A stretch of DNA of 64,000 nucleotides from Thalia democratica (Eukaryota). Below are positions 10,961-23,386 of the stretch, piece by piece. The stretch spans positions 29,698,001-29,762,000 of the forward strand of contig OZ241830.1 of NCBI GenBank assembly GCA_965202585.1, written 5' to 3'. The notes under the pieces were generated by a model. It saw nothing but the letters and a program-made list of their open reading frames with translations, did no database searches and was not told where the DNA came from. Positions within the stretch are counted from its first letter, which is position 1. Each line of letters opens with the position of its first letter. The translations under genes and the position numbers were made by a program.

Positions 10961-13309
10961 GTAGATGGATGTTTGAAAATGTAGACATTTTGCAATTTGT
11001 AGACTAGAATGACCACCGTTCGCATCAATGAAAAGAAAAATTAAAATTGAACTGTAAATTTAATCCAATGTAAATAGAAGATTGATTAGTTATTAACACT
11101 CTTATACTTAAAATTACAAAATGTTTTAAAGAATCATTAAATTAATTTTCCGCACAATTTGTTTAGGAATTACGTTTTACTAAAAAACTCGATGCTTCTA
11201 TATCACTTTTATAAAGCTAAGCACCCTTATACAGCTAAAAATACAATAAATATTCTAAAAGTATTGAATTGAATGCATATGTTTCCTTGAGTTTTGTAGT
11301 TTAATTTTAGTTCAACCAATCAATAATTTTAGTTAATTACCAGGCTTTTTTGTTTGGTATTAAATATAATTCAAAAAATAAAACAGTCTAGTGCCCATTT
11401 ACAAAATTTCAAGGTTAATCAAATTAGTTTAGCTTTATTTATAGTAGAAAATATAATTAAAAATAAGTAAGTGGTTTTCGATTGACTAATAAGAGTAGTT
11501 TTAATATACAAACACGCATTTGTACCTCTATAGCTAATTTCAATTTTTTCTGAGTCATAGTTTTATTACAATTAAAGCAAAAAATATTTAAACAACTTTA
11601 ATTGCGTTTGTTGTTTGGAAACTGAAAAATAATGTTTGGGTGAAATTAGTGGTGACGTAACAATTAAGCGTGCTGTTCTCAATGTTTTTATTTATTGAAA
11701 TTAAATTGACCTTAGCATTGAGATCGAAACTTAATTAATTGCATACGTAAAACAAAGTATGTTTTCTTAAATTATTGAACAAATTTGGCTTTCCACATGT
11801 TAAACTCGATTAAAATGAACCGTGGTAGTTTTAAGGTAATTGTGACTTTTTAAATTTTTCGACGCCCTGTTTTACAAGCGAATGAAACATCACAAATTTA
11901 ATTGTTCTAGATAGCAAGCGTGTTTACCGCAAACAAATGTTGTTGTTTTCAACTGTCAAGATGCATAGCAATAACAAAATAACTGAGCTGTGTAAGAACA
12001 TTTGCAGGAAATAAAAAGTATTTTGTTTTAACTCTTCGTGACGTCATTTGTTTTGCGAAACGCTGCTAACATCTAAAACAAAAAAGTATTATCGAAAAGA
12101 AATAAGCTTATTTACGTTAAGCATCAAGGGTATTTAAGATACTTAAACGTAATTTTGCTACAAATTATTAGATAACAACGATAAAATTCATAGCTTGTTG
12201 ATCATGTTTTAGTTTATAGTTTTTCAATAATTTTTTTACTAGCGAACATAATCAAATTGTTTTTTTTTTGTTTTACATAAATAAAAACCTCTAACTCATT
12301 GTAATAATACTTATATAATTGTTTCAATATTGCCTTATTACACATAAACGATTTACATTTGACCACCAACTATAAACTCCTGTGTCAACAAGAATTAAAC
12401 TCGCTCAATATCAAATTGATGAAGAAGCAGTTTTGTGCTGTACACAGTTTTTGCTGTTTGCAATTAACAAATTCGCTGCGTCTGTAAATTTTAATTGAAT
12501 TCTGTGTTATACACAAAAGCCCATGCAAAAGAGAAAAAGTTTATCAAATACCTTGCTTTAAAAGCAAGTTGTGAAAGTGATGTGTAAGCAAATTAAAACT
12601 ACAAAACTGATTGGTAAAGTAGTAAATTTTTGTTTAAGTATAAATAATTCTAAGCTTTTGTGAAGCGCAACGTTGTACGAAACTTTGCTTTCCACGTCGG
12701 GTGAAGTTACCACTAATTTTCGCAGTAAACTTTTAGTCTAAAAATTAGTTTTAAACGCTTTAGTAGTGTTTCAACTGTTTCGACTGTAAACTTAATAAGG
12801 CTTTTAAAACATCAAAATAAATTTGTTTTAGTTTTCAACAGTTTTTCAATCACTTATTAAACTATTAAATTATTGTATGATAACGAATTTTGTGTACATG
12901 GAGTTAGCGCTGATAAACATACTTAGTTTAGTTTAAAGCTAGGAAAGAGTATGAAAGGCCTCAATTACATCAGTTTTCGTGCATTAGCTTTGTGCCAATT
13001 TGCTTTTATGAGCAGCTATTTTTAGCATGAGCCATCTGTTGACTCGCTGCAAGTTTGAAAAGATTATAGTAAAAAGCAGCAACAACTTTCAATTGTCAAC
13101 AAGCAGGTAGGTTAAAGAAAAAAAATAGTTGCAGAAAATAAAATAATTACTACAAATTTATTAACCTATTAAGGCTTTAATCAATCCAGTTAAGAGCAAA
13201 TACTCAATTTGCTTTCATATAAATTCAGCATTCAAAGTTGTTGCAGTGCAAAACTTAAAGTAAGATGTAAAACGCAAACTTGCTAAAATAAGTTAATCAC
13301 CTAAACGAA

Positions 13310-13680
13310 TCAAGTCCACGCCCAATAGCTCAACTACGGTTTCCACGGCAACACAAAAATAATTCCTAACAACAACACATGATTGAAACGGAACCTCCCG
13401 AAGTTGTTGTGTCTGGCTGAGGGGGGAGAATGCCGTGGTCAACTGGAGCGTGACGACGAGTTAATTGTTTCTATGGCAACCAACACCGATGCGTCATGCC
13501 GTTGAAATTCGCAGTGGAATTTTCAAATCTGCGTGTAAACAGCCCCTACTCAGTGAAGTGCACGACCCCCCCCCACAATTGAGCCCCCCCTTTTGTAGTG
13601 CCCCCTTTGTGTTTGGTAGCTGGAGCGTTCACTGAGGTGATTCTCTCTTCAGCGAGCGTCAGCAGCATTAATTCGGTTTA
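13310..13680. promoter_or_regulatory. CpG island with two near-consensus RFX X-boxes and C-runs
   Basis: GTTTCCACGGCAAC 13339-13352 and GTTTCTATGGCAAC 13467-13480; CCACGCCC (SP/KLF-like) at about 13316; C9/C7/C5 runs 13566-13605. Confidence 0.6.
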
Positions 13681-16600
13681 AAATTATTTAAGAGCATTTT
13701 TTGTTTACATAAAGTTCGACCACCGCTTTTAGTGTTCAATAGCAGCTTCTGTGAAGTCAAAGTATTTGTTTCGTAACGGAGTTTCCTGAATTTGTGCTCT
13801 TCAGGTTCAATAAGTTTGACGACCCAGTAAAAAAAAAATTCATTGAAAGTGATGTATTCTGTTTTCGAAACAAACTAAAAATTATATAATTAAATTTAGT
13901 CTCTTTTAACGTGAAATTTTTGATACTATTTCGTGTAAGCTAAATGGGTCATGAGGACTGTTTACCATATTGACTAATATCGATCGTTAAGCGAATTAAT
14001 CTTGTGTTGATGAAACGTACTTGTTGTTAAAAATAATGATTTTGTAAGAACAGTTTGTAGAGAGTGAAGTTTCCATGCGATAATTTAGTAGTTTCGGGCA
14101 AAAGTGCTGTCAAAACACACTTTATTTGCATGAATTGATTTCTTGTATCGGGATAGTTTTTATATAAACAGCAAAATGTTAGTACACATCTTTATTATAT
14201 GTTAATCCTTTGAAATTATTTAAAAGTAGTAATTTTGTCTAAGGAAAAATAAAGTAAATTCAAACAAAAAACATTTTAGAAGTCAATTGATCAAAGCTAA
14301 AAAGTAAAATAAGCATTTATTACCTTTAACTTTTGACAACTTGGTACACATAAAGTTCTCAAAGAATCGGTAGAGTATTAAAAAAAACGATGCTTATACG
14401 TTTTAAAAATAAATTTTAAAACTTTTGTTAAATATAGGTATCCTTTCAAGCCTGTTACGTATAATAATACCGTAATTCAAATTTATAATGTTTACAGTTG
14501 CGTTCTCTAATGCAAAAACGCTATAACACCAAAAAGACTATCTAGAAAAAAAAGAAAAGTTAAAGATATCAATGTTAATCATTTTCGTCAAGCCTGTTAA
14601 AAACTTAAATAGTTTTATAAACAATTTTTAAATATTAATTTGTTACTTGTGCAGCAATCAGAAAAGTGTTGGTCAACATGCATACAACGCCTGTAAACGA
14701 TTTGTAGCTTTTAAAACACAAAAACTTGCATAAAAACAGAGTTTGTATCATTTAACACCAGAAAGGTACAAAGTGGAAAATATCAAAAGAGTTGCGCCAG
14801 ACTTTTATATCAAAGCGTTGTGGAAATAACAGCGCGTATAACTAGCGGCTTATCAGAAAACTCAAGTTATAATCCACATGTTGGTTTCCCTGCATGCTGA
14901 AGCAAACTTGAACAACAAAGTTCAGTATTGTAGCATTAAACCTCAAGTTATCCTAAATTTCACTGCAGTATTGTGTATGTGTTGTTGTATGTAATCTGAA
15001 GTTGTTGCCTGGTTTTTGAGTTCGCACAGATTTATGTCGTTTAGTTGAATGTGTGTTTGCTTTAGTTCATACGAATTAATAAAAAAATATTGAGTTTGTG
15101 TAATTTTAAAAACTTGTTGATGTTAGCTAAGCAAAAAGTTATCAAACAAAATGAAGATTAAAATATAAATTAATTGCAAAATTATCTTACAAAGCAAATG
15201 AACTCATGTTTTGAGTTTATTTCAATCAAAAATGCTTAAACTTGTAAAATTCTTACATTTTTGTTTAACTACACTTTTTTTATTTTTTCTGGAAATTTTT
15301 CAATATATAAAAATACACTCTTGTAAAAATTGGCAGTAAAATTGACGAACATGAATTACTTTATTAAAAAAGTACTAGTAAGTTGTTAAAAAATAGACTC
15401 TTAACAAAAAACACCGCTCTGTAAACCAACCAAACATTGCGGCGAAACTTTTATTGCTTTTATTGTTGACTATTTATGGTAGATGTAGTAATTAGTGGTC
15501 TGCTAACGATATCGCAGTTAAATATTTTATTTAATTTAGTCGATGGGAACATACAGCTTGACAAGTGTTAGTAAATACTATTGACTTTTTAACTATTCTA
15601 CATAAAGAGTTTGCACACACAGACTCGTAAAATGTTTTATTTACCTTTTACAACTCGTACCAAAATAAATTCATTTTTATTCTGTTAATATGATTTTATT
15701 AAACTAATTATAACTTTCACTAAAAACAGTTTAACTTTTACGATGTGAAAATTAAGTGCAAGCACTATTTAGAATTTTCACAAGGTAAGTTTGTGAATTT
15801 AAATGCAAAAATATTTGCTGGAGAGCCAATTAAAGTACACGTCAGTTTACAAGTGGGTTCGATTATTACGTCATAAAAGCAAGCTACGTGCCACCAGACT
15901 CAACATGTTTATTAAGCGTTTATTAGACTTGCATTCCTGATAGTAATTACTTTAAACTTATAAAACAAATTTGACTTTTTTTTTCAATTTATTTAGTTAC
16001 ACCTTATATTATGCCGTTTTGTTTTAACGACAATATTTTTTGTGTTAGATAAAAATTTAACTCGATTTTCTAAGTTTAAGTTTAAACACTGCATCTACTA
16101 GAACTGCACAATATACTTATGCTACAAATGTTTTGATAGCTAAAGTTGGAAGTTAACTATCATGAAGTATTCTTTTTTTAGGAATAACCTCAAACATGTT
16201 TAGCTTTAAAATTTAACTATAAACAAATACTTAAAAATTAACAGCTGTAAATAGAGTAAACATTATTTGTATAATACACACTATATAAATGTAAAGTTAG
16301 TAATTATCTAAACAGTGTTTTTTTATTTTATAATTTAAGAGGACACCCTGTAAATGCAACATCTAAGGCATTGTATTGTTATGTCAAACTAATCATAATA
16401 TTAACTGCTGTCAAAACTTTATACTCAAAAACTGACATTAAACGTTTGTTTATATTCTTTACAAGTTCACAGAAACATAAATTAAATTAATTTTACACCA
16501 TTTATATTTTGATTAATTTGTTAACGTTTTATTTTATATTTAAAGGATTAAGGTATGTTTTGTTTGAAATACAAGTAGTTGACAGTAAAACTTTACTTTT

Positions 16601-19600
16601 AATATAACGAAATTGTACAGTTTGAGGTTAATGATTAGTTTTCAAAATAAAAGTTTGAACATATAGATATATACTGCCTAATATCCTTTAACTAAAATTT
16701 TAACAATAATTAGTTAAACGATGAAATTATTAATTTTTAGAGAGAACAACAATGTGCTAATATCTTACTTGCTTATTTAATATCTTAATCTTAATGTATC
16801 TGGTATCAAATTTATGAGTTTTAGTAGCTAATGTTAGTTTTTAACTTCGCTAGTTATAAAAAGACTTAAATCTATTTTTAATCTTTAAGTTATCCTGGTG
16901 TTTTAGCAGTTCGTTTTATAAATACAAATGTGAATAAAGAATTATTTTACTGCAAAACGAATTGACTCAGCGTACACGATGGGAAACAACTATTAAGATA
17001 CTAAAATATTAACATAATATACTAGAAACACATTAGCCTATACAAATTTTTAAATTTGAACAAAATGTGCTTAAAAGAAATAAATCAACATTATATTTAA
17101 ACTCATTCAGTCTAATGAATTGAATACGACTTTTCATTTGATAACTATTCGTTTTGTTAGTTGTATGCTAAATACTTGCAATGCACATTTACAAATACTT
17201 CACAAAAACGTTCAACGTCATTTGACTGCTCTAAAACAGAGCTAACTTATCAGTTATGAAACTTATGATTTCTCAAAAAACTTCAACACAAATGGACTTT
17301 GTTTGTGTACGCCAACACCTCACGACTTGCGTTAATTTCCATCATTATTCTAATGCGATCTGTCAGCCACCATCTATCAGGCGCACGTGTAATATATATT
17401 CGCGGAAATATTTTTATTTTTCACCGGAACCCGGTAAAAAGCGCGACTTTTTCAAGGATGTGACGCCTCAAGAAAAATGTTTGTAATCCCAACAGAAATT
17501 TCCTCTACAAGAAGAACTACGACATTTTGAAACTTATTATGTTTTGTTTAGAGTCTGTTATGAGTGCACTAAAAAAAATGATTTAGGTAGTGTTTTTGAT
17601 TGTTTTAGTTTTTTAAGTTAGATTTTATATTTGTACTTTTTATATACGGCTTTTGCTGCTTATACTTAAAGTATTGATCAAAATCTAAATTAAGTGTAAA
17701 TATTTCCTTCTCAAAATGTAAACTACTAGTTTACTAATTATTTATACTATATAACTTTTAAATGTTTTAAACATTAAGTGGTAGAATAAGTTATGCGCTA
17801 ATGACTTAAAAGTTTGTTAAATATATATTTTTTTAAAGTAAAGTTTTTATGAACTATTTTCAAGAAATATAACTAAAAGTAAAATACACATTTTAGTTTT
17901 CTTATTGATTATTTTTCTTTTAAATGAACACACTTCAAAAGCTTGTCAACAAAATAATTTTAAGGACATATAAGTTGTTAATTTTTCTTTATTGAGCATC
18001 AATCAGTTTAAATTTTACTTAGATTTGTTGAATTTTTTGAAACTTATGTAAAGTTTATATATTATCTAGATCTATGTTAAAAGGCAATTAAAAAAGGTTT
18101 TAGTCCCTCGTACTATATAATAATTAATGCGATACAAGCTTTTCATCAACTAAAATTTAATCGTATTAAAGAAACGTCGAAAAAAAGACTTACAATTTAG
18201 CTAAAAGTCTATAAAAAGGAATTTGAGTAGCTCAAGTAAAACTTATATTTAAAAAAGAATTTTTTATAAAAAGTTAAGTATTTTAACGGTTTTAGGTGTG
18301 TTTGTTATATTTGATATTTTTTAAATTCTAAGTACTATGTAGTACTTGTATGATTAATATCTTACTCGCGTGAGCACAATTATCAATCACTAGCCATTAT
18401 GTTGCGTTTTATGTCTTTACTGACACCTAACGTTTAGATAAGTTACGTTTACTTTTTTACAAAGCACAAGACATCACATAGCTCTAACTATACTTACTAT
18501 ATTCATGTGACTAAAGAAAAATATTTTTTCCTACGGTTTTTTAACACAAATAAGCACACAACAGTAAAATTATTTCGTAATAACTGTGATTAGGATAATG
18601 TGTCTAACATGCATGCATATTATACTTGGCTGTGACATATTAAAGGCCATAATAAAGGTCGTAACATATTAAAGGATGTTGTCACTTCTACCTATATTAT
18701 TACTTGAATTTTATAAGTAAGAGTTTATTTTTTATTAAAAAAAAAAAATTAAATTTTTAATTGTAGTGGTCATCGGGTGAGGGTTACGACTAAAGTTATT
18801 ATTTAAGTGAAGTAAATAAAATAAAGTTATACTTAACTTTTGAACTTTAACTTAGACTAAAATCTAACTTGCATGACCGCGACATTAGAAGGAGATGTTG
18901 ATTTTCCATGAGTGTCTCTACTGCATATTAAATTACTTATCCTCTTTAAAAATGTAAAAAGTGTAATATTCATATGATGAGAGTATGTCTTAAAGCTTAA
19001 AGAAAAGGTAAAAATGCAAGTAAGTATAAGGGTTAGTGCTGCGAAAGTAAGGCGTAACACAAAAGAGCTAGGCATGAAGTTTAAATAAACTTTCGAAATA
19101 TTTATTACTTGTAAACACTTGACCTTAATTCAATAACAAGTAATTATTTAGTATTCTTATATGTAAGTGATAAACCATTAGTTTGCAGTTCAACCTATTT
19201 AAATGAGCAAAAATATTTATAACCGCCAGTTAAGATAAAATTGCCCCCATTTATTAGAAACCGCCTTTTTACTAGTTAGATATTCTTTTTTTTGTCCTCC
19301 ACTAACATTAGTATTTGAAAGCTAAAAACGTATCAGGGCGACTTTTTCCACTTTAGCGAGCCTTGGTACACATAGTTTAACCTTGTTATTCTTAAAGTTT
19401 TTATTTTATTTTGTTAGCTTTATGCGGTTTTCGAAGAACTACCTTTTAAAAATAAGCATAAAAAACTCACCTTTTAATGAAATTTTTTCGATGTCTAACT
19501 TTTGGCTTTCAGGACTTAGTAGCAGAAACAAAAACTTCTTAAAATAATTTAAGACAACCTATTTATATACGAAAAAGTAGCAGATTATAAAACAATAGGA

Positions 19601-20300
19601 ACGTTTGTTTTTTAACACAGCACAATGTTTTAAATGTATTGTTTTGAAACATCCAGCATTTATTTTTGCACAAATACGATTTGTAAATCTTTTGTTTTTG
19701 TTTTTATCATAAGGGTAATTAAATGAGATCTTTTCCAAAACAAATTAGCATTGAAATAATGTAAGACACTAAATATGTGTTATTAGTTAATTGTTATGTA
19801 TTTATACTTTTAAGATTACTTAGTTCGGCACAACCTAAAACTTTCCACTAGCTTGTTTAAACATAAATCGGCTATATTTCCACACACAGAAAATAGTATA
19901 AATTAGATAATTTAGTTAAATGATGTTGCATAACATAAAATAAAGTTAACAGAAAATTTTCCATTACAGATTTTTAAGTTAATAACTTACTATAATCTAA
20001 CAATTTCTTAAATAAGCTTTTTTAGAAGTTTTTTAGCGCAACTTTCCTTTCATGTTTTTAGCTTACTAAGCATGAAAATAACAATAAATTGATCAATCGT
20101 AAACGTTTTAATTTAAGTATTTTGATTTAGTTTCATATTTTATAAGAAAGTAAAAAGTCTATTATTAGATGCATTATTTATATATAGACCGTAAACTACA
20201 AAATTGTATATCAAGTAAAGAACGATCAATTTGTATGACTTTTACAATCAAAATGAATTTTAAATAAATAAAAGAATAGTAACAAATAAAATATTTAACG

Positions 20301-20637
20301 CAGAGGTCAGAAGGCTGTTGGTAGTCGCGGGCCATAAGTCAAAAAAAAATGCAGGCCGCAGTTAGCTACTGCAAGACATTTTTAATATATTTACTCACCA
20401 TTTACTTGAGGAAATACTACGTGACCTTTTTGTTCAGTTTTTGTAGAATATATTTAAAAAATCTAACTCAACATAACAAATAGCAACTTGAGGTACACTG
20501 AACTTTTTTTTTCGTAGTTTAGTGTTTACAGATTTGATCACCTTGAAGATCACATGTTTAGCGCATTTTCTATTTTCCGAGGCTGCATCCTGTTTAAAAT
20601 AAAAAGGTAATAGCAGGCCTAAGCTTGCCGACCCGTG
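20301..20637. mobile_element. Degenerate hAT (Charlie-like) MITE
   Basis: Left end CAGAGGTCAGAAGGCT...CGCGGGCCA; right end GGCCTAAGCTTGCCGACCCGTG (reverse complement CACGGGTCGGCAAGCT, 11/16 match). The 8-bp flanks ATTTAACG / CTGTAACA match 5/8. Confidence 0.6.
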
Positions 20638-23386
20638 CTGTAACAAAAACAATATACATTACTATGATGTTTTAAATATACATTTAAAAAAAAACTGTCA
20701 AAATGTATTTATAAATAAAACTAATAACTATTTTCAAAAATTAACCTTGTCTTCAAAATACTCACTGTATTTTAACAATCTCAGCTTGTTAAAAAATACG
20801 TATGTATTGACTAACGTATCTTTTTTTAAACTTTTATTTAATCTAACAGAGCTTCCTACTTAATGTAAACTGTTTAAAACAATCTTATAAGTTTTAAATC
20901 GTGTTTTATCTCCAGTGTCCAAGAAATTGCTAACATCTTTGTTCAGACAGTAAGCAATTAAATTTTTAGTAAGAACAAAACTGTTATAGAAAATACAATA
21001 TTACTAACTTCTACTGTCTTTGATGAAAATGAACAAATGCACGTTTTTTTCATTTTTTAACTTTAATTTTGTTTACATTATAAATTTGTTAGTATTAATT
21101 GTACATATTTCCAGCCGTTTTACACTTTCAATTATTTTAAATAAAACGATAGTAATTGTGAAACAGAAAGCGTACATTTGTTAATTTTTTAATAGACAGT
21201 AGAAGAGATGTTGTATTTTTTACAATATTTTTTTCTTACTGTCTAAAATAAATTACATTTAAAACTTTAACTAATATTACGTTTAAAGCCGTACTATTTT
21301 AAATTTTGTAGCAAAAATAATATTTTAGGCTTAATATACATAAGTATCAAATAACATTATTCAGTTTTATTTTTAAATCATGTGATATTTCAACTATTTT
21401 AGCTAGTATTTAACTAAAGTCAGAAAGTTAAAATAGTATCTTATCAAATGGTGCACTTAAATATTTACTCAGATAAATTTGCATATTAAGAAATTAAGAA
21501 ACAAAACTAAAGTACTCACCGTACAAACTTTTACTTTAAAAGTAATATTTTAGTAAACGAATAAAACTTATAAACAAACTCTATTAAATTTAAATAAAAA
21601 TTTTTACTAACTTTTACTACGTACAAAACCTTTAAGTCAAATACTTTATTGTAATTGATATGATTTTTTTTTATAACTGATGATATAATTACTCTTTTCA
21701 GTATAGTCATTATCTAAAACTTGAGTTTATAACACTAAGACTTACATAAGTATTTTAAATTTCTTTGTTAATTAATCGATAAATTTTAGCTTTATAAAAG
21801 GTTTACATTTTTAGTGGTTGATATGTTGGTAAAACAGACTATTCTTTAAGTATAATAAATTTTTAACTTGAGTTAAGAATACTAAGGTTAAAACTAAAAT
21901 ACATGTGTTTAAATTTATTGTATTTTGATCGATAAATTTTAGTTTTTTTTAATTAAACACTTGTTCCATCTAAAAACAATGTCTTCATATTTTGTAAATT
22001 TATGTGTCTGAAAACATTTTAAACTCAGTAACCAGAATGCTATAAGCTTAGTTTTTGTACTCAACGGAGCTGTTTACAAACTATGTTGTTTTTTTTAATT
22101 CTACCTTAAATTTTGTTGAATCAAAAAAATCGAGCTAGAATATTAGAATTAAAACATTTTATAAAATAATTATGTCTAAATTCGTAATAGTATGTTTACT
22201 CTTTAACCAACCAAATAATAGTGATTTTTAAACTTTTTTAGTAATTAAATTAGGTCAGACTAGTTAAAACCAAACATTATTAGTTTTAATTTGTAATAAT
22301 AAAAATTCCTAGTAGTTTGATTATGAATTTATGATTCAAACAGTAAAAATATAATTGTTTTGATGTTTGAAATGAGTTAAGAAAAAAAAATCTGTTTCAT
22401 CTAGACATGAAATGTATTCAAAAGTTACGAAAGTACAAAGCGAATGGTTGACAAAGGAAAAAAAAAAACAGTTGTAAAAAGACATACATTGGATAGGCTC
22501 GCATTTGAATTTTTACGAACAAAAAAGGATTTTTATTCAAGTATTTTCCATATCAAGTGGCACTTTTGTATGCGTTCGTCACTATAAATTTATCGATCCA
22601 ACGTGTTTCGTACAAGCCTTGTTGGAGCTGTTAATTGCAATTAGTTACAATCAAAAAAAAAATTGTTTGAAAAGTTAAAGTAAAATAAAAGAGGTTCTAC
22701 TAAAATTTCACCAGCTTTTAGTTTTTACAACTTGTGTGGTGTCTAGAAATACGCCAAAACCTAAAAAAATGTTTTGTTTATTTTTTTTTATATTGTATGT
22801 TAGTTTTGCATTCAAATTAAAAGTTAACATAGTATAAACATTAAAGCTTAAAATAGTTAAAAATAAGGTTTGAAATCTATTGTTTCACTCTTAATTAATT
22901 TTCTTATTTTAAACGATTTTTGATTTAAAACCAAATTGAACAATTAATATAAGAGTGTGTTGATGAAAGAATTTAAAATACTTGATTTTAAGTTAAAAAC
23001 TATTTTTATATTTTATTTTTATTTCAAAAAATTATGTACAATTTTTTTTTAGACTTCGTGAAAATTATTTATTGAAAAAAGCTTTCGTATTAAAGTTTTG
23101 TTTTTATTTTAATTGCTAAAAATTTTCTTGTTGCTAGTTTTAATTGAATCAAAAATTTTTAAACTGCAAAAATACATAAAATCTAAACAACAATGTAACT
23201 TTTTAAAATTTCGCTTGTAGAATACGTTTTAGAAAATAGAAAATAAAAAGCAATCTAAGTAAAGCATGACAGTAACAGTAATATTAAATGAAAATACTAA
23301 CACAAAATAAATGTAAATGATTTCACAGTAGTAATGTAATCAAGTTGAAGTAAACGTTGAAAATAAAAAAATTAAAACAAACAGTG

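Noticed and set aside
8379-15784. Isolated plus-strand donors at 8474, 11835, 13106 and 15784 as upstream SEL1L3 exons
   Set aside because: SEL1L3 has its own signal-peptide exon at 23387, the phases do not form a coherent chain, and a few such donors are expected by chance.
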